Below are positions 15,498 to 24,831 of a stretch of 64,000 nucleotides of DNA, one piece after another. The stretch is from positions 1 to 64,000 of IMG/VR virus record IMGVR_UViG_3300032322_001011. The stretch is one strand, 5' to 3'. Source of the DNA: a virus. Each line of letters opens with the position of its first letter. Positions within the stretch are counted from its first letter, which is position 1. The position numbers and the translations under genes were made by a program. The notes under the pieces are model-generated. The model was not told the DNA's origin and did not search any database. It saw nothing but the letters and a program-made list of their open reading frames with translations.

Positions 15498-15928
15498 TGC
15501 ATCACCATTTGCATTGCGTACTGAACTGCTTCAAATATGTCATGGCAAGCGTACAACTTAGTTTTTGATTGAACTTCAATGACATCAAACCAAGGATTAT
15601 CGAGATATTCGTATTTCTTTTTCTCGTTTACCGCTTCGTCTAACTCTTCATCGTTGTTGATTCCCCATCTTTCTAAATCTTCCTCGTTCAGAATCAATGC
15701 TGATGTTGTGTATCCCGATTTCTTGTTTCGTGGGATGTCAATTCTCAAACTTCCCGACACCACAACTACTAACGGATTGATGTAGTCGTTGATCAACACC
15801 AATGTTTTGTTTGGTCTTCCGACATACCATTCCGCACCTGCTCGGTGAACATTTGGACTGATGTTCCACACAACATCGGGGACATTACAAAGATTTGTCC
15901 CATTGACAATGATGTTTCCAGTTTTCAT
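15494..15928 (-). CDS. early hypothetical protein
   Basis: ATGA overlaps; DNPWFDV motif. Confidence 0.65.
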   Translation of the reverse strand: MKTGNIIVNGTNLCNVPDVVWNISPNVHRAGAEWYVGRPNKTLVLINDYINPLVVVVSGSLRIDIPRNKKSGYTTSALILNEEDLERWGINNDEELDEAVNEKKKYEYLDNPWFDVIEVQSKTKLYACHDIFEAVQYAMQMVMQ

Positions 15929-16076
15929 TCTTTACCTGCTTTTTCCAATTCTGCTTCTAATTCTTTGATTCTTTCGTTCAACTCATCAACAACTAATTGC
16001 CATTTTTCGTCTGCAATTCTTGTTGCACGATTTGCCGCACCTATTTGTGCTTGCTTTGCTTGTTTATCGGTTGGCA

Positions 16077-16385
16077 TTACTCTTCTACCTTTTTTATTTC
16101 AAGACAAAGCAACGCAACACTGGCATCAGTGTTCATTTCTTCAAACATTCTTCCTTCGTGTTCAACATTGTGATAGGGGTACGCAGTTGCTCTCATGTAC
16201 GGTTCTCCATACACCGAAATGTTGATGTCCCATTCCCCACCGCCAAGTTCTTCAGGAATTGTCACACCTTGCCACTCATCAAAGTCATCGTGAAATACCT
16301 TCTCTTTACGAATTGCTTTTTCTGCAAAGTAAAGTGCTTCTTCTGTTAGGTACTTCACTAACTCTTCGCTTTTTGTCATGAACAT
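16077..16385 (-). CDS. early hypothetical protein
   Basis: Coupled ORF with GGAGG RBS. Confidence 0.6.
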   Translation of the reverse strand: MFMTKSEELVKYLTEEALYFAEKAIRKEKVFHDDFDEWQGVTIPEELGGGEWDINISVYGEPYMRATAYPYHNVEHEGRMFEEMNTDASVALLCLEIKKVEE

Positions 16386-16609
16386 ACTTCCTCCAAGTAT
16401 TCCAAATCAATGTTGAATAAATAAACCACATGACCTTCAGGTGCGTAAAACTTTGCATACTCACCTGAGAAATCATCTTCAAATGCGCTGTCCACGTTAC
16501 CAATGTATTTGAGTTTTGCAACGTCTTCAACGTCATAAAACTGGTTGGTGTTTACGGCTGGGATCATCAGTGCGGCCTCAACCAAATCTCTGCGAATTGT
16601 TGGTGTCAT
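16376..16609 (-). CDS. early hypothetical protein
   Basis: TAATG overlap at 16609. Confidence 0.55.
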   Translation of the reverse strand: MTPTIRRDLVEAALMIPAVNTNQFYDVEDVAKLKYIGNVDSAFEDDFSGEYAKFYAPEGHVVYLFNIDLEYLEEVCS

Positions 16610-17109
16610 TAGAAGTGGAAGTCCCAAATGACTGCGTACTGATTCTCAGGCGCATTTGCAACACGGTCACGGAAGTACTTCAAATTAGACGTGTAAGTTT
16701 CAGTATCAAACACTTGTGAATGTGAGTCATATCCTGAGTTCTCAGACATTCTAAGAACTTTCATTGCTCTGTAAGAAGCCAAGTAATCGTCACCTTCAAG
16801 TTGCTTTTCTTTTCCAATGTTTGAGATGCTAACAAGTTCAGAAATTGTTAGATCACCGACTTGTTCAAGAAGACGATCAATTTCGTTCTGCATTGACGCT
16901 TGCCACATTGCAATCTTTTTATCGAAAAGTTCAGGATTGGTTTTGTAGCAGAGAATGTTTGAACCATCAAACTCTCCATCCCATCTTCCACCAATCTCAC
17001 TCCAGTCAGACCATCGGTCTTGGGCGCAGGAATCAACAAACTTGTACGCTTTTGATTCTGCTTCTTTTCCGCTAGTTGCTTCAACTAGCAAGATGTGTCC
17101 GATATGCAT
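16609..17109 (-). CDS. conserved early phage protein
   Basis: WSDWSEIGGRWDG and C-terminal DFHF; ATG 17109 after AAGGAG. Confidence 0.75.
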   Translation of the reverse strand: MHIGHILLVEATSGKEAESKAYKFVDSCAQDRWSDWSEIGGRWDGEFDGSNILCYKTNPELFDKKIAMWQASMQNEIDRLLEQVGDLTISELVSISNIGKEKQLEGDDYLASYRAMKVLRMSENSGYDSHSQVFDTETYTSNLKYFRDRVANAPENQYAVIWDFHF

Positions 17110-17137
17110 TTCTTTCTCCTTATTGGGTTTGTGTTTT

Positions 17138-17458
17138 TTACAGGGTTTCTTCTTCGTCAAAATCTTCGTAGATGTCTACTTGGATTTCAACAAAATCTTC
17201 TTCAAGTGGGTTCTCGGTAATAAAGTAGCCGATGCGATTGACCCAATGCAAGCCACTCATGAGCCACGTTCCTTCGTCACCATCCACCCATGTCCAAACA
17301 TTTGCTTCTGGTGCGGCTTGAACAAAAGTGAATTGCTCATCGTACGTTTCAAACATTGTCCCATTCCAACCATTATCCCCGAATGGGTTTTGAATTGGCT
17401 TGTATTTCTCTTCCCAAGCGGTGAGTGCCGCTTCCATCTGCTCTGTTACTTCAGCCAT
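17138..17458 (-). CDS. conserved early phage protein
   Basis: KYKPIQN..FETY..VWTWVDG..G.HWVNRIGYFITE. Confidence 0.75.
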   Translation of the reverse strand: MAEVTEQMEAALTAWEEKYKPIQNPFGDNGWNGTMFETYDEQFTFVQAAPEANVWTWVDGDEGTWLMSGLHWVNRIGYFITENPLEEDFVEIQVDIYEDFDEEETL

Positions 17459-17889
17459 TACGCTTCTCCTTTGCTTTGAAATAAAAAGTTGTTTGAATTA
17501 CTCCGTATGCAATACCAATCCACATCCAAATTGTTTCTGTTGGAAGTGTAATTGTTACGTCTGCAAATATCGACATTATTCACTCTCCTCTTCTGATGAG
17601 TTCCAAGCATCTAAAAATGCTTTTGTCAAATCATCTAAAGTACCGTCATCTACAATCTGGTTACCTTTGATGTCACAAACTGTTTTGTCTTTTGTGTTGA
17701 TGTATACCGTTGCCATTACAAAGTTTTCCCTTCTTCAATCGCTTCTACTCTTAGCAACTCGCTAGTTTCCAGAATGAACTCACCTTTATCTGATGCGTGT
17801 TCTTCTGCTGTTGTTGGACTGTCTGCTTCAATTTCATACACAGTGGTTTGAATTGATGTGTAATACACACGATACCTCTGGAGTTTCAT
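17458..17889 (-). CDS. three short coupled ORFs (about 40-57 aa, not in track)
   Basis: MKLQRYRVYYTS..., MATVYINTKDK..., MSIFADVTITL... with overlapping start/stop codons. Confidence 0.45.
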
Positions 17890-17891
17890 TG

Positions 17892-18092
17892 TCATCCTTC
17901 CATTGCGACAAGTATTTGCATAACTTCCCAGCCAAGTTCTATTGAACGGTCTGCCAAAGAACCACCAATTCTGTCAAGCAAGTCAAGACACTCATCTTTA
18001 GATAGTTCGGGGCGGAGTGACTGAACGTCTTCCCATGTCCACCTAATTATCACCATGTCATCTTCTTCGTTCTTCTTTAGTTTCTTAGCCAT
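17892..18092 (-). CDS. conserved small early protein
   Basis: I.WTWEDVQSLRPELS..C...L...GWEV; ATG 18092 after AAAGGAG. Confidence 0.7.
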   Translation of the reverse strand: MAKKLKKNEEDDMVIIRWTWEDVQSLRPELSKDECLDLLDRIGGSLADRSIELGWEVMQILVAMEG

Positions 18093-18123
18093 TGATGTTC
18101 TCCTTTGTTCGTTGGTGTATGGA

Positions 18124-18152
18124 ACACTACAGACATCGAAATGGAATAGCAA
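18124..18152 (-). promoter_or_regulatory. early promoter
   Basis: TTGCTA-17-TAGTGT; spacer starts TTCCATT as in the 19263 promoter. Confidence 0.75.
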
Positions 18153-18169
18153 CCTTCATTCCAAACTTT

Positions 18170-18604
18170 TTACCCAGCCTTACCCCGTGTGGCTTTTCCT
18201 AGATACCCCTCTTTGCGAGACAGCATTACACGTTTAGCCGCAGTTGATTTAGAGATATTGAATGCTTTTGCAACGGCCTCAATCGGAGAAACTTTGTAAT
18301 TGACTGCATCCTTGTAAATAGTTGCAACCTCTTCCAACAGATCATCGGGCAAAGTAGAACCACGTTGTGCTCCTGTGAGTGTTGCGTTGAACTTTGGTTT
18401 CGGAAATGCTCGCACTGTTGCTTCTTTTGCCAATTTGATTAGAGGTATGCGCCGAGTCAATTCAACAGTAATTTGTGAATCATCAGTAGACGAAACGCCG
18501 TATCCAACAAAACGATTTTCACCTTCAACTGTGTTGAACTCTATTGACACAAAATACTTTTTGTCGGTAACTGGATCTTTCCATGAGAGAACTACTGCTG
18601 ACAT
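18170..18604 (-). CDS. HTH DNA-binding protein (DUF6214-like)
   Basis: LEEVATIY..A...PIEAVAKAFNISKSTAAKRV..SRKEGYL. Confidence 0.7.
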   Translation of the reverse strand: MSAVVLSWKDPVTDKKYFVSIEFNTVEGENRFVGYGVSSTDDSQITVELTRRIPLIKLAKEATVRAFPKPKFNATLTGAQRGSTLPDDLLEEVATIYKDAVNYKVSPIEAVAKAFNISKSTAAKRVMLSRKEGYLGKATRGKAG

Positions 18605-18912
18605 TGTGCTTTTCTCTCTTTCACCATTTTTGATCTAATTGCGGCACGACCCCGTGTTGTAGTGCCACCCCAAATACCTATTTCAAAATTATCAATGGCA
18701 AAATTGAGACAACTTTGCTTGACGGGACAGGCATTACAATATTTTTCAATCACTGTTTTGTAATCGGTTTTTCCTGCTAATTTTTCAGGGAAGAATTGTT
18801 CTGCTGGTGCGTTTTTGCAAGTACCACGTTTCATCCATGTCATTGGCTCACGTAAAATAACTGGCTTGCGAATCTCTTCTTGTTGATTGATGTAAGCAGT
18901 TACTTCTATCAT
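18592..18912 (-). CDS. whiB: WhiB-family transcription factor
   Basis: W...G.C......FFP...C..CPV...C...A......GIWGG. Confidence 0.9.
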   Translation of the reverse strand: MIEVTAYINQQEEIRKPVILREPMTWMKRGTCKNAPAEQFFPEKLAGKTDYKTVIEKYCNACPVKQSCLNFAIDNFEIGIWGGTTTRGRAAIRSKMVKERKAQCQQ

Positions 18913-19238
18913 GCTTCCTCCATTTCCCAGAAGCCAAAGCAAGCACCATCGGAATCTAATGTTCCAAAGGTGCATCCTTCTGGTGCGATTGCATCCATCA
19001 CATTGAAGAGATGGTCTACGAGAAACATTTCTTGTTCCTCGTCACGAACTGCTTTGGGGTCAATCATTGCGAACAGGACATCAGTCCAATCGTCAAGGAT
19101 TGCTTCTTTGATTTTTGGGTCGTGTTCCCCGATGACTGTAAGGAAGGCTTTTGCCAAATCCTCGGTACGGAGTGTTCCTTCAGAAACGATGGAGTTTACC
19201 CACACATCTCCCAAAGGCTTGATATTTTCGTATGCCAT
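18909..19238 (-). CDS. conserved early phage protein
   Basis: GTLRTEDL...APEGCTFG...DGACFGFW. Confidence 0.75.
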   Translation of the reverse strand: MAYENIKPLGDVWVNSIVSEGTLRTEDLAKAFLTVIGEHDPKIKEAILDDWTDVLFAMIDPKAVRDEEQEMFLVDHLFNVMDAIAPEGCTFGTLDSDGACFGFWEMEEA

Positions 19239-19262
19239 TGTTGCTCCTTTGTTAGGAGCATC

Positions 19263-19291
19263 ACATTACAGGTTCAGAATGGAAGTGGCAA
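19263..19291 (-). promoter_or_regulatory. early promoter
   Basis: TTGCCA-17-TAATGT. Confidence 0.75.
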
Positions 19292-19293
19292 CT

Positions 19294-19449
19294 CTATTCT
19301 GAGTCTTTTTTTCCGTGTTTGACCATTGGTATGTATTTTTCAGGCAAAGTACTCCCACCACATTGATGCATGGGTGGGTAGTTGGTTCGCACATACAAAA
19401 CAACTTTGTGGTTACACCAAGGGCATAAATATGTCGTACCTTTTGACAT
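19294..19449 (-). CDS. small zinc-finger-like protein (51 aa, not in track)
   Basis: MSKGTTYLCPWCNH...HQC; TAATG overlap with the transglycosylase gene. Confidence 0.5.
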   Translation of the reverse strand: MSKGTTYLCPWCNHKVVLYVRTNYPPMHQCGGSTLPEKYIPMVKHGKKDSE

Positions 19450-19982
19450 TACAAACTCCAGTGCCTCAATCCGCCATTATCAAGTAAATACTTGCTTACT
19501 TTTAGGTTGCAGTCAAGTGTTCTGAGAAGTTTTATTTCTCCACCACAAATGTTCCTTGTTACGGTCTGCCATGAAGAATTGACTTGTAGAAGGCCGCTAT
19601 CAAATGAACCGTTTTTATTTAGTGTCCAAACGATCTTTCCATTGGCGTTCCATCGGGCATTTACCGCATCTGGGTTGCAACGGCTTTCACGATATGCGAT
19701 ATACGAGAACACCTGTACGGGGACTAAACCGTAGTCACGAAATGCCTGCTCAAACTGAGGGCATCTCTTTGACTTATCTGCTGGGATTCTTGGGTCAATA
19801 GGTTCTGGAATCGTTGTGGTTGTAGTTGGCACAATCAAATATGGCTCAACTTGTATTGGGGTTTTTGGGTAAACAGATTCTGGTGTACTTGCTGTGTTTG
19901 GGGACATTACAGAAAAGATGGAAGCGAGAACAAGATTTCCTGTCAGCGCAACCGTTTTGAGTATTTCCGACAATCTAAGCAT
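19449..19982 (-). CDS. secreted/anchored lytic transglycosylase (SLT-like)
   Basis: Hydrophobic N-terminus, PTTTTT linker, IAYRESRCNPDAVN and DSGLLQVN. Confidence 0.85.
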   Translation of the reverse strand: MLRLSEILKTVALTGNLVLASIFSVMSPNTASTPESVYPKTPIQVEPYLIVPTTTTTIPEPIDPRIPADKSKRCPQFEQAFRDYGLVPVQVFSYIAYRESRCNPDAVNARWNANGKIVWTLNKNGSFDSGLLQVNSSWQTVTRNICGGEIKLLRTLDCNLKVSKYLLDNGGLRHWSL

Positions 19983-20005
19983 TCACTATCCTTTGTTCGG
20001 GTAAT

Positions 20006-20068
20006 AAAAAAGCCCCATCCATTGAAGTATGGGGCGCAAGGCTCGATATGGGGAGCACTACTAGTTTA
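20006..20068 (-). promoter_or_regulatory. promoter plus terminator-containing leader upstream of SLT gene
   Basis: TAAACT at 20063-20068; GCCCCAT...ATGGGGC-T6 hairpin at 20006-20035. Confidence 0.55.
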
Positions 20069-20075
20069 CACGATG

Positions 20076-20513
20076 TCAGCCCTCTAACAACCTCTTGAGC
20101 AACTTTTTTAGATCGGGCAATTTATCTCCAATATTGGGGATTTCTTCAATAAGCACATATTCTGTGTCTTCCATATCATCATGTGCTTCACAACAAATGG
20201 GGCAAATGCAGCCTTGACGATAACGTGTAACAGTCCCGTGTTCAGCAAGAAATTGTTGCTTTGAGTCTTTTTGCATTGGCAATCGTTCTTGTGGTGTTAG
20301 TCCACCCCACACTCCGTATATTTCTTTCTTACCGAACGACAAACAGTCTGCCCAAACTGGACAGACATTGCAGACTTTTTTTGCTATTGCGTAATTGATT
20401 TCTGGAGTTGTCGTTTCAAACGGTGGAAACCAAATGTCTCCGTGTTTTTTTCTACATAAAGAATCTGACATCCAGTCAGGTGTTGTTATCATTCTGCTCC
20501 GTCTTCTACCCAA
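20076..20513 (-). CDS. whiB: WhiB-family transcription factor with extra C-terminal Cys motif
   Basis: WM..SLC...WFP...AKKVC..CPV..DC.......GVWGGLTPQER; HGT..RY..GC.C..C. Confidence 0.9.
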   Translation of the reverse strand: MGRRRSRMITTPDWMSDSLCRKKHGDIWFPPFETTTPEINYAIAKKVCNVCPVWADCLSFGKKEIYGVWGGLTPQERLPMQKDSKQQFLAEHGTVTRYRQGCICPICCEAHDDMEDTEYVLIEEIPNIGDKLPDLKKLLKRLLEG

Positions 20514-20920
20514 TTTTGCAAGTCTCCTGATGACCAGAAGATTGGAAGACCTAAGCGTTGTGCTTCAGCAAGTTCATCAATATGCCAGTCAGCACCTTCA
20601 GCAATCTCATCAACAAAAACAGCATCGCATCGTTTCATTATCTGAAAGCAATACTCGTTGTAAAATTCGTAACCTCTTGGGTGACGCTTCTCCCAGTAGT
20701 AAGTGAGCGCAGGAATAACTGGCAAACAAATACCACTCGTGTATAAATCATCAGCAATGTCAATTGCTGTGTTCACGTTTTCTTCTGAATCGCTATGTAC
20801 GCAAGTACCAACGATGTATACGTGCGGCAAAAGGATGTGAGCAAGCGTTCTCATAAACTCTTTGTTTACTCCCTCTGCCATGATGTCCTCTGAGTAATTC
20901 CTCAGATGGAAGTCAGCCAC
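20489..20920 (-). CDS. nucleoside 2-deoxyribosyltransferase-like (DUF1937/DUF4406 type) protein
   Basis: VYIVG...MKRCDAVF...GA...E...A..LGLPIF. Confidence 0.65.
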   Translation of the reverse strand: MADFHLRNYSEDIMAEGVNKEFMRTLAHILLPHVYIVGTCVHSDSEENVNTAIDIADDLYTSGICLPVIPALTYYWEKRHPRGYEFYNEYCFQIMKRCDAVFVDEIAEGADWHIDELAEAQRLGLPIFWSSGDLQNWVEDGAE

Positions 20921-20996
20921 TACGAATTCCTATTCATATTAGAACGAATAGCCATGTAGTAGCAAGCAAGTGCAAAAACAATGAATACTTTTGTCA

Positions 20997-21218
20997 TCAC
21001 TTTTCCTGTAACCATTTCAGACCATTACGAAGATATACGGTGGCGTAGCAGAAGGCCATGAATATAAATCCGTATTGCTTGGTTTGAACAGCAAAGATAA
21101 TCCAAAGCAATTCATTGACTGAAAGAAAAAAGAATGCGTGAGCGTGTTTCTTTCCCACGTACCACATTCCCGTAACGCCAAAGATGGCAAGCACCCATGA
21201 CCATATTTGTCCACTCAT
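20997..21218 (-). CDS. small membrane protein (PnuC-like)
   Basis: Three hydrophobic segments, WSWVLA.FGV.G...LW..FA..TKQYGF. Confidence 0.65.
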   Translation of the reverse strand: MSGQIWSWVLAIFGVTGMWYVGKKHAHAFFFLSVNELLWIIFAVQTKQYGFIFMAFCYATVYLRNGLKWLQEK

Positions 21219-21261
21219 TGTGTACTCCTAATATCCGTATTAGGAATACCTTAGTACAGAT

Positions 21262-21501
21262 TTACTTCTCTGTACTCCAATGGTGAACTGATTGGATTAG
21301 GACACCCAAGACATCATCAGCATTTTCGTCTTCATTGACCAACGACTGGCAATACGAGGAAGCGGTCTTGGCAACAGATTCTGCCATTTCCAACTTCTTA
21401 GCCATTGCTTCAATCATCTGGCGAAGAGCCTGCTTGTCATCGTACGCACGAGCAAGCGATACTTGAAGGTCTTGAATTACTGCAAACTCAAATGACTCCA
21501 T
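21262..21501 (-). CDS. hypothetical coiled-coil protein
   Basis: 79-aa helical ORF. Confidence 0.5.
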   Translation of the reverse strand: MESFEFAVIQDLQVSLARAYDDKQALRQMIEAMAKKLEMAESVAKTASSYCQSLVNEDENADDVLGVLIQSVHHWSTEK

Positions 21502-21553
21502 AAAACCCCATTTCCTAGGTTATGTACAAGCGTACAACCTATGAATGGTCTTG

Positions 21554-22990
21554 TCAAGCCTCATCCGAAAGATCAAGGATGTCTGCGTACATACTGTCAG
21601 CCTGGTTAGCATTCAAACCACCACCTGTAAGTTGCCTGGTGGCTTCGCCTACTTGAGCGCCAAAGATACGACTAAGTACCCCTGCACCGCCACGTGCTTC
21701 AACCTCAAGACGCATGACATCACGAGTATCTGAAATGTCTTTGAACTTCTCAACTAAAGCGAACAACCGCTCAACCTCATCGGACAATGCTGGGTCAAGA
21801 CCTTGACCTTCCAGTTCTTCGGCAAAGCGAGCGAACAACACTCGGCTCATTTGCATCTCCAATAATGCCCTCATCGCAGCCTGTAACTGATCTTTAGTTT
21901 TGATCTCTACGGGCAACTTGAATCCACAATCAGAATTCTCCTTGAATGCAGGACAACGGCTGGACAAATAACAATGATTGCACTGCCTCAAAAGGTTACT
22001 TTGATACTGCAAAACAGGTGTTGAAAAAGCCTCAGAATTGCCCTCATCCTCAAGTTCTGTAAGGTTTTCAGCAATTTGTGGTGTGATGTTCTGGATACCG
22101 ATAACTGGTAACAATACTTTTTCGTCTTCGTGCCGCTTGTCAGCACCCCTAATCATAATACTTGTACCCCCAGAAGCCACATTTTGGACATTACCAATAT
22201 TTTGCAAATCATTAGGATTTGTACTATTTTCCGATAGACCTATTTCTTGTTCGTCATCGTCATTTGCAGGGTCATAGACCCCAAAAGCACCCTGCTCCCA
22301 CGCTTGCCAAGACTTGATTGCCAACTTTGCAACCTCAGCATTATCGTCTTGGACTATCTGTTCATAGTCAATTCCTAACCGAATAATGTCGGCTCGGTGC
22401 TTCTTTCGGGCAGAATCTTTCTGCTGTGCTGGGTATCGGCGTAGACCGTGACCATCCCATACCTGAGTTTCCCCGTAACGCACAGCCGATGTCCACGACC
22501 CCACGACTACTGAATCCCAAGGTAGTGATTCAATGACATCTGGTTTAGATGACAACCCCACTAACTTGGCATCCCACCTCTGAATGAGGTTACGAATACG
22601 GGAAATGTTTTTACCGTTTACAGCCTTATCGCTGACTGCGGCCCTGCCATGACGTTGGCATAAATACGCCAAACGCTCTAAATCGTCACCATCATTCCAT
22701 AAAGGAATATACCGTTCGTTTAGCCATGCCCCATCATAATCAGGGCGACCAATGACCATTGCAATGTTTTCGTAGTGCTGACGTAGGAAATCATCGTAAC
22801 GAGTGACATCTTCGTCACTTTCTGAAGTATACAAAACGACCTCACCGCCATTGCACATTACAGATAAATCTAGTTCTTTTTTCTTAGGCACAGCCAAATG
22901 GGTGAGGTTTATGGCGTATCTGGTTACCCCAGAAGCGGACAGCAAAGATCGGTGAGAGGACTTTTCGGCATTAGCAAAATAGATTTTCAC
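21554..22990 (-). CDS. TGT/DpdA-like TIM-barrel protein with Cys cluster, apparently lacking catalytic aspartates
   Basis: MKIYFA, YIPLW, KLVGL, PWDSVVVGSW...RYG follow the TGT-like order; CNHC..SRC...C C-terminal cluster. Confidence 0.5.
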   Translation of the reverse strand: MKIYFANAEKSSHRSLLSASGVTRYAINLTHLAVPKKKELDLSVMCNGGEVVLYTSESDEDVTRYDDFLRQHYENIAMVIGRPDYDGAWLNERYIPLWNDGDDLERLAYLCQRHGRAAVSDKAVNGKNISRIRNLIQRWDAKLVGLSSKPDVIESLPWDSVVVGSWTSAVRYGETQVWDGHGLRRYPAQQKDSARKKHRADIIRLGIDYEQIVQDDNAEVAKLAIKSWQAWEQGAFGVYDPANDDDEQEIGLSENSTNPNDLQNIGNVQNVASGGTSIMIRGADKRHEDEKVLLPVIGIQNITPQIAENLTELEDEGNSEAFSTPVLQYQSNLLRQCNHCYLSSRCPAFKENSDCGFKLPVEIKTKDQLQAAMRALLEMQMSRVLFARFAEELEGQGLDPALSDEVERLFALVEKFKDISDTRDVMRLEVEARGGAGVLSRIFGAQVGEATRQLTGGGLNANQADSMYADILDLSDEA

Positions 22991-23469
22991 TCGTCACCTC
23001 CATTAGTGCGGTACAACGACTGTACTTCAAGTTCACGAGTCAGGTCTGTCCAGACCTTTCTTTCCCTAGGCTTATCATTTCGCCATTCTGGGCGTACAAA
23101 GTTGGGCAAGCACATCAAAAGACAAGGAATAGCATCCTGCATCACCAAAGTCACAGTTTCAGGATTGGTGTCTACAAACCAGTCAATTTTTCCGTATACG
23201 GCGTTCAAATCTCGTACACGGTCACGCACATCTGAAGGTTTTCCAGACTTGGCTACCTCAACAGTGGCAAATTTATAACCTTCACGTTTTGCCCACTCTG
23301 TCAAAATCTCAGCGCCAACATCAGTACCCAAAATAATAAGCCTGCCGTTGTACCGTGCAAATAGCGCTTCGTACAGTTTTTGACCATCGGGAATAGGTTG
23401 TCTTGCACCAGGGGAGAACGCTTTGTCAGTATTTGCATACGCTAATACATCAAAAGTAACAACAAGCAT
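22987..23469 (-). CDS. HAD-fold-like protein (degenerate)
   Basis: LVVTFDVLA, PIPDG.KLY, WFVD..P. Confidence 0.5.
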   Translation of the reverse strand: MLVVTFDVLAYANTDKAFSPGARQPIPDGQKLYEALFARYNGRLIILGTDVGAEILTEWAKREGYKFATVEVAKSGKPSDVRDRVRDLNAVYGKIDWFVDTNPETVTLVMQDAIPCLLMCLPNFVRPEWRNDKPRERKVWTDLTRELEVQSLYRTNGGDE

Positions 23470-23927
23470 CAGTCGTACATGCCCATCGCTTTACGTTCTT
23501 TGGTTGCTACGTAACCTGAACCTACTGGGCAGAAATGGCATAGATATTGCCATTGTTCTTTTGGAACACCAGTCTTGCGACCAATCGTCTTAGATTCATC
23601 TTCCCAGTCAATACAACTACCTTTAGGAGCACCGTGGCGTTGGAAGCATTTGAGGGCTTCTACTTTGAGGTCATCACGAACTTCACGAACCTCAATCTCA
23701 TTCTTCATCAATTCTTTTTTGATCCCTGTCTCACCGTCAAGGGCATCATATGTTGCTTGGTCACAACGGAAGATTTGAGACAAGTGTGCTTCAGGGGAAG
23801 GGTTTTGAGCACGAGCAAGATGCATCTTGATAATTTCTTGCAACTCCATGTCATTATCTGCGTTACCGTCATAATCACGCATTTTGTGCATTGTTCCACA
23901 AGAATTGCAAACTAGAAGTCTTGGCAT
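23469..23927 (-). CDS. Cys-rich hypothetical protein
   Basis: C..C, C..H..P...C.D, YLCHFCPV. Confidence 0.7.
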   Translation of the reverse strand: MPRLLVCNSCGTMHKMRDYDGNADNDMELQEIIKMHLARAQNPSPEAHLSQIFRCDQATYDALDGETGIKKELMKNEIEVREVRDDLKVEALKCFQRHGAPKGSCIDWEDESKTIGRKTGVPKEQWQYLCHFCPVGSGYVATKERKAMGMYD

Positions 23928-23951
23928 GTTGTACTACTTTCTATGAACTTG

Positions 23952-24386
23952 TTATTTAGTTGATGCTTTTAGTTGCCAACTCCACTTTGCATGCATATCG
24001 ATCCGATCAGCAAGGAAGTTGGCAATTCCTTGTTGATCTTCTTTTACTGCCAAATCAAATGCTACCTTGACTGACTTGGCAACTTCATCGTTGATACGCA
24101 GTAACTCTTTAGCCATTGCTTTAGGGTCTGGCTTTACTTCCTTGGATTCTACCGTACGGCTGTCCAAGAAGGTTTTGAGGCTAAACGGGGCGTAAACATC
24201 CAACTTGCGAAGGTTTTCAGCAAGAGGATCAATGCTCCCATAAACATCGCTGTAAATCTCTTCAAACAAAGCGTGATACTGGCTAAAGTCTGAACCTTCT
24301 ACGTTCCAGTGGTATCCGTGCGCTACGAAGTACTCCGTAACTACATCGGACATCAATGTTTTGAGAGAATCAGCAAGTTTAGCCAT
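23952..24386 (-). CDS. dps: Dps/ferritin-like DNA protection protein
   Basis: HGYHWNVEG.DF..YH.LFEE.Y, D.LAE..R, H.KW.WQL; start at 24386 (TAATG overlap). Confidence 0.92.
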   Translation of the reverse strand: MAKLADSLKTLMSDVVTEYFVAHGYHWNVEGSDFSQYHALFEEIYSDVYGSIDPLAENLRKLDVYAPFSLKTFLDSRTVESKEVKPDPKAMAKELLRINDEVAKSVKVAFDLAVKEDQQGIANFLADRIDMHAKWSWQLKASTK

Positions 24387-24667
24387 TAGCAATCCCACGC
24401 TCTAAGTGATTTATTGATACGACTATCAGGGTCATTAGCGGTTTTGGATGAAGTGTTTTTCTTCTTCATACCTTCCATACGGGCGCAAAAAGAATCACGG
24501 CGAGCAGCAGACTTCTTAGATTTAGCGGCCTGCTCTTTTTTAACAGGAGGCTTGAGGTCAGAACCAGGGTTTGCTCTTTCGTAGGACTTACGACCTTTTT
24601 CGTTGAGTCCACCCTTTTCGTTCTTGCCCTCTTTGCGTTGCCACGCTTCTGATTTTTTAGTTGCCAT
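24386..24667 (-). CDS. DUF6321-like basic protein
   Basis: AWQRKEGKN.KGGLN.KGR.SY...RR.SFCARM...DP.SRINKSLRAWDC. Confidence 0.8.
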   Translation of the reverse strand: MATKKSEAWQRKEGKNEKGGLNEKGRKSYERANPGSDLKPPVKKEQAAKSKKSAARRDSFCARMEGMKKKNTSSKTANDPDSRINKSLRAWDC

Positions 24668-24831
24668 TACTTTTTACCTTTTTTACTGACAGCCATATTG
24701 TCAACTAAGTTTGGGTAGGGGCGACCAGCAGCCTTAGCACGAGCCTTTGCCTCTGATTTTTGTTCAGGGGACAATTTAGTTGATTTCTTTTTAGGATTTG
24801 GTTTATCCCAAACGTCTTTTTTAGAAGCCAT
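24667..24831 (-). CDS. small basic protein (54 aa, not in track)
   Basis: MASKKDVWDKPNPKKKS...AKARAKAAGRPYPNLVDNM; TAATG overlaps both ends. Confidence 0.75.
   Translation of the reverse strand: MASKKDVWDKPNPKKKSTKLSPEQKSEAKARAKAAGRPYPNLVDNMAVSKKGKK

Noticed and set aside
20006-20068. c-di-AMP (ydaO) riboswitch before the transglycosylase
   Set aside because: Leader is too short and lacks the conserved ydaO elements
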